The notes below the pieces were generated by a model. It ran no database searches. It saw only the letters and a program-made list of their open reading frames with translations, and was not told the DNA's origin. The translations under genes were made by a program, and so were the position numbers. From Octopus sinensis (taxonomy: Eukaryota): 64,000 nucleotides of DNA. Below, piece by piece: positions 63,630 through 64,000 of this stretch (its first letter is position 1; each line of letters begins with the position of its first letter). The DNA lies in contig NC_043017.1 of assembly GCF_006345805.1 (NCBI RefSeq), positions 5,022,001 through 5,086,000 on the forward strand, written 5' to 3'.

Positions 63630-63880
63630 TACAAAAATTAACAAAAGTATTAAAAAAAATAAATATATATATATATGTAAAATTTAACAAAAGTATAAAA
63701 AAAAATAAATATATATATATGTAAAATTTAACAAAAGTATTAAAGAATAGAAATATAAAAAATTCACAAAAGCATTTAAAAATAGATATATAAAAAAGAT
63801 TAACAAAAGTATTAAAAAAATTAAAATATAAAAAATTAACAAAGGCATTTAAAAATAAATATATAAAAAATAAAAGTTAT

Positions 63881-63885
<5 letters not shown>
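63630..63885. repeat. A-rich minisatellite of about 40-45 bp (AAAATTAACAAAAGTATTAAAAA...)
   Basis: About six degenerate units. Confidence 0.8.
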
Positions 63886-63922
<37 letters not shown>

Positions 63923-63926
<4 letters not shown>

Positions 63927-64000
63927 TGCAGGAGTGGCTGTGTGGTAAGTAACTTGCTTACCAACCACATGGTTCTCGGTTCAGTCCCACTGCGTGGCAC
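63923..64000 (+). mobile_element. SINE family A head, cut by the window edge
   Basis: AGGTGCAGGAGTGGCTGTGTGGTAAG...GGTTCAGTCCCACTGCGTGGCAC. Confidence 0.9.

Overview
This is a 64-kb AT-rich eukaryotic window dominated by repeats: microsatellites, tRNA-derived SINEs, RTE/CR1/R4-type LINE remnants, mariner derivatives and MITEs, a Helitron-like element and Penelope-like remnants. The repeat landscape suggests a cephalopod, probably Octopus; this is an inference from remembered repeat content, not a database match. The only well-supported host coding feature is a short first coding exon on + (9459-9556, MDVDNSSFALEQVNGSTDLDVQDGNMYSVQPA, then a GTAAGA donor). Most of the downstream sequence is probably one very large intron. 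Almost all ORFs in the supplied track are microsatellite artefacts. The most interesting signal is a set of minimal hammerhead-ribozyme motifs from about four Penelope-like families. It includes an inverted pair and a family with a shared non-canonical core, and the canonical cores occur only antisense to the putative host gene. Also notable are a 66-bp His/Thr/Gly-encoding VNTR, a 1.7-kb tandem duplication that may be an assembly artefact, an R4/Dong-type LINE inserted in a (TAA)n array, and many foldback or inverted repeats that could form dsRNA. Boundaries of decayed repeats were read by eye and are approximate. No CRISPR array, rRNA or bona fide tRNA gene is supported.
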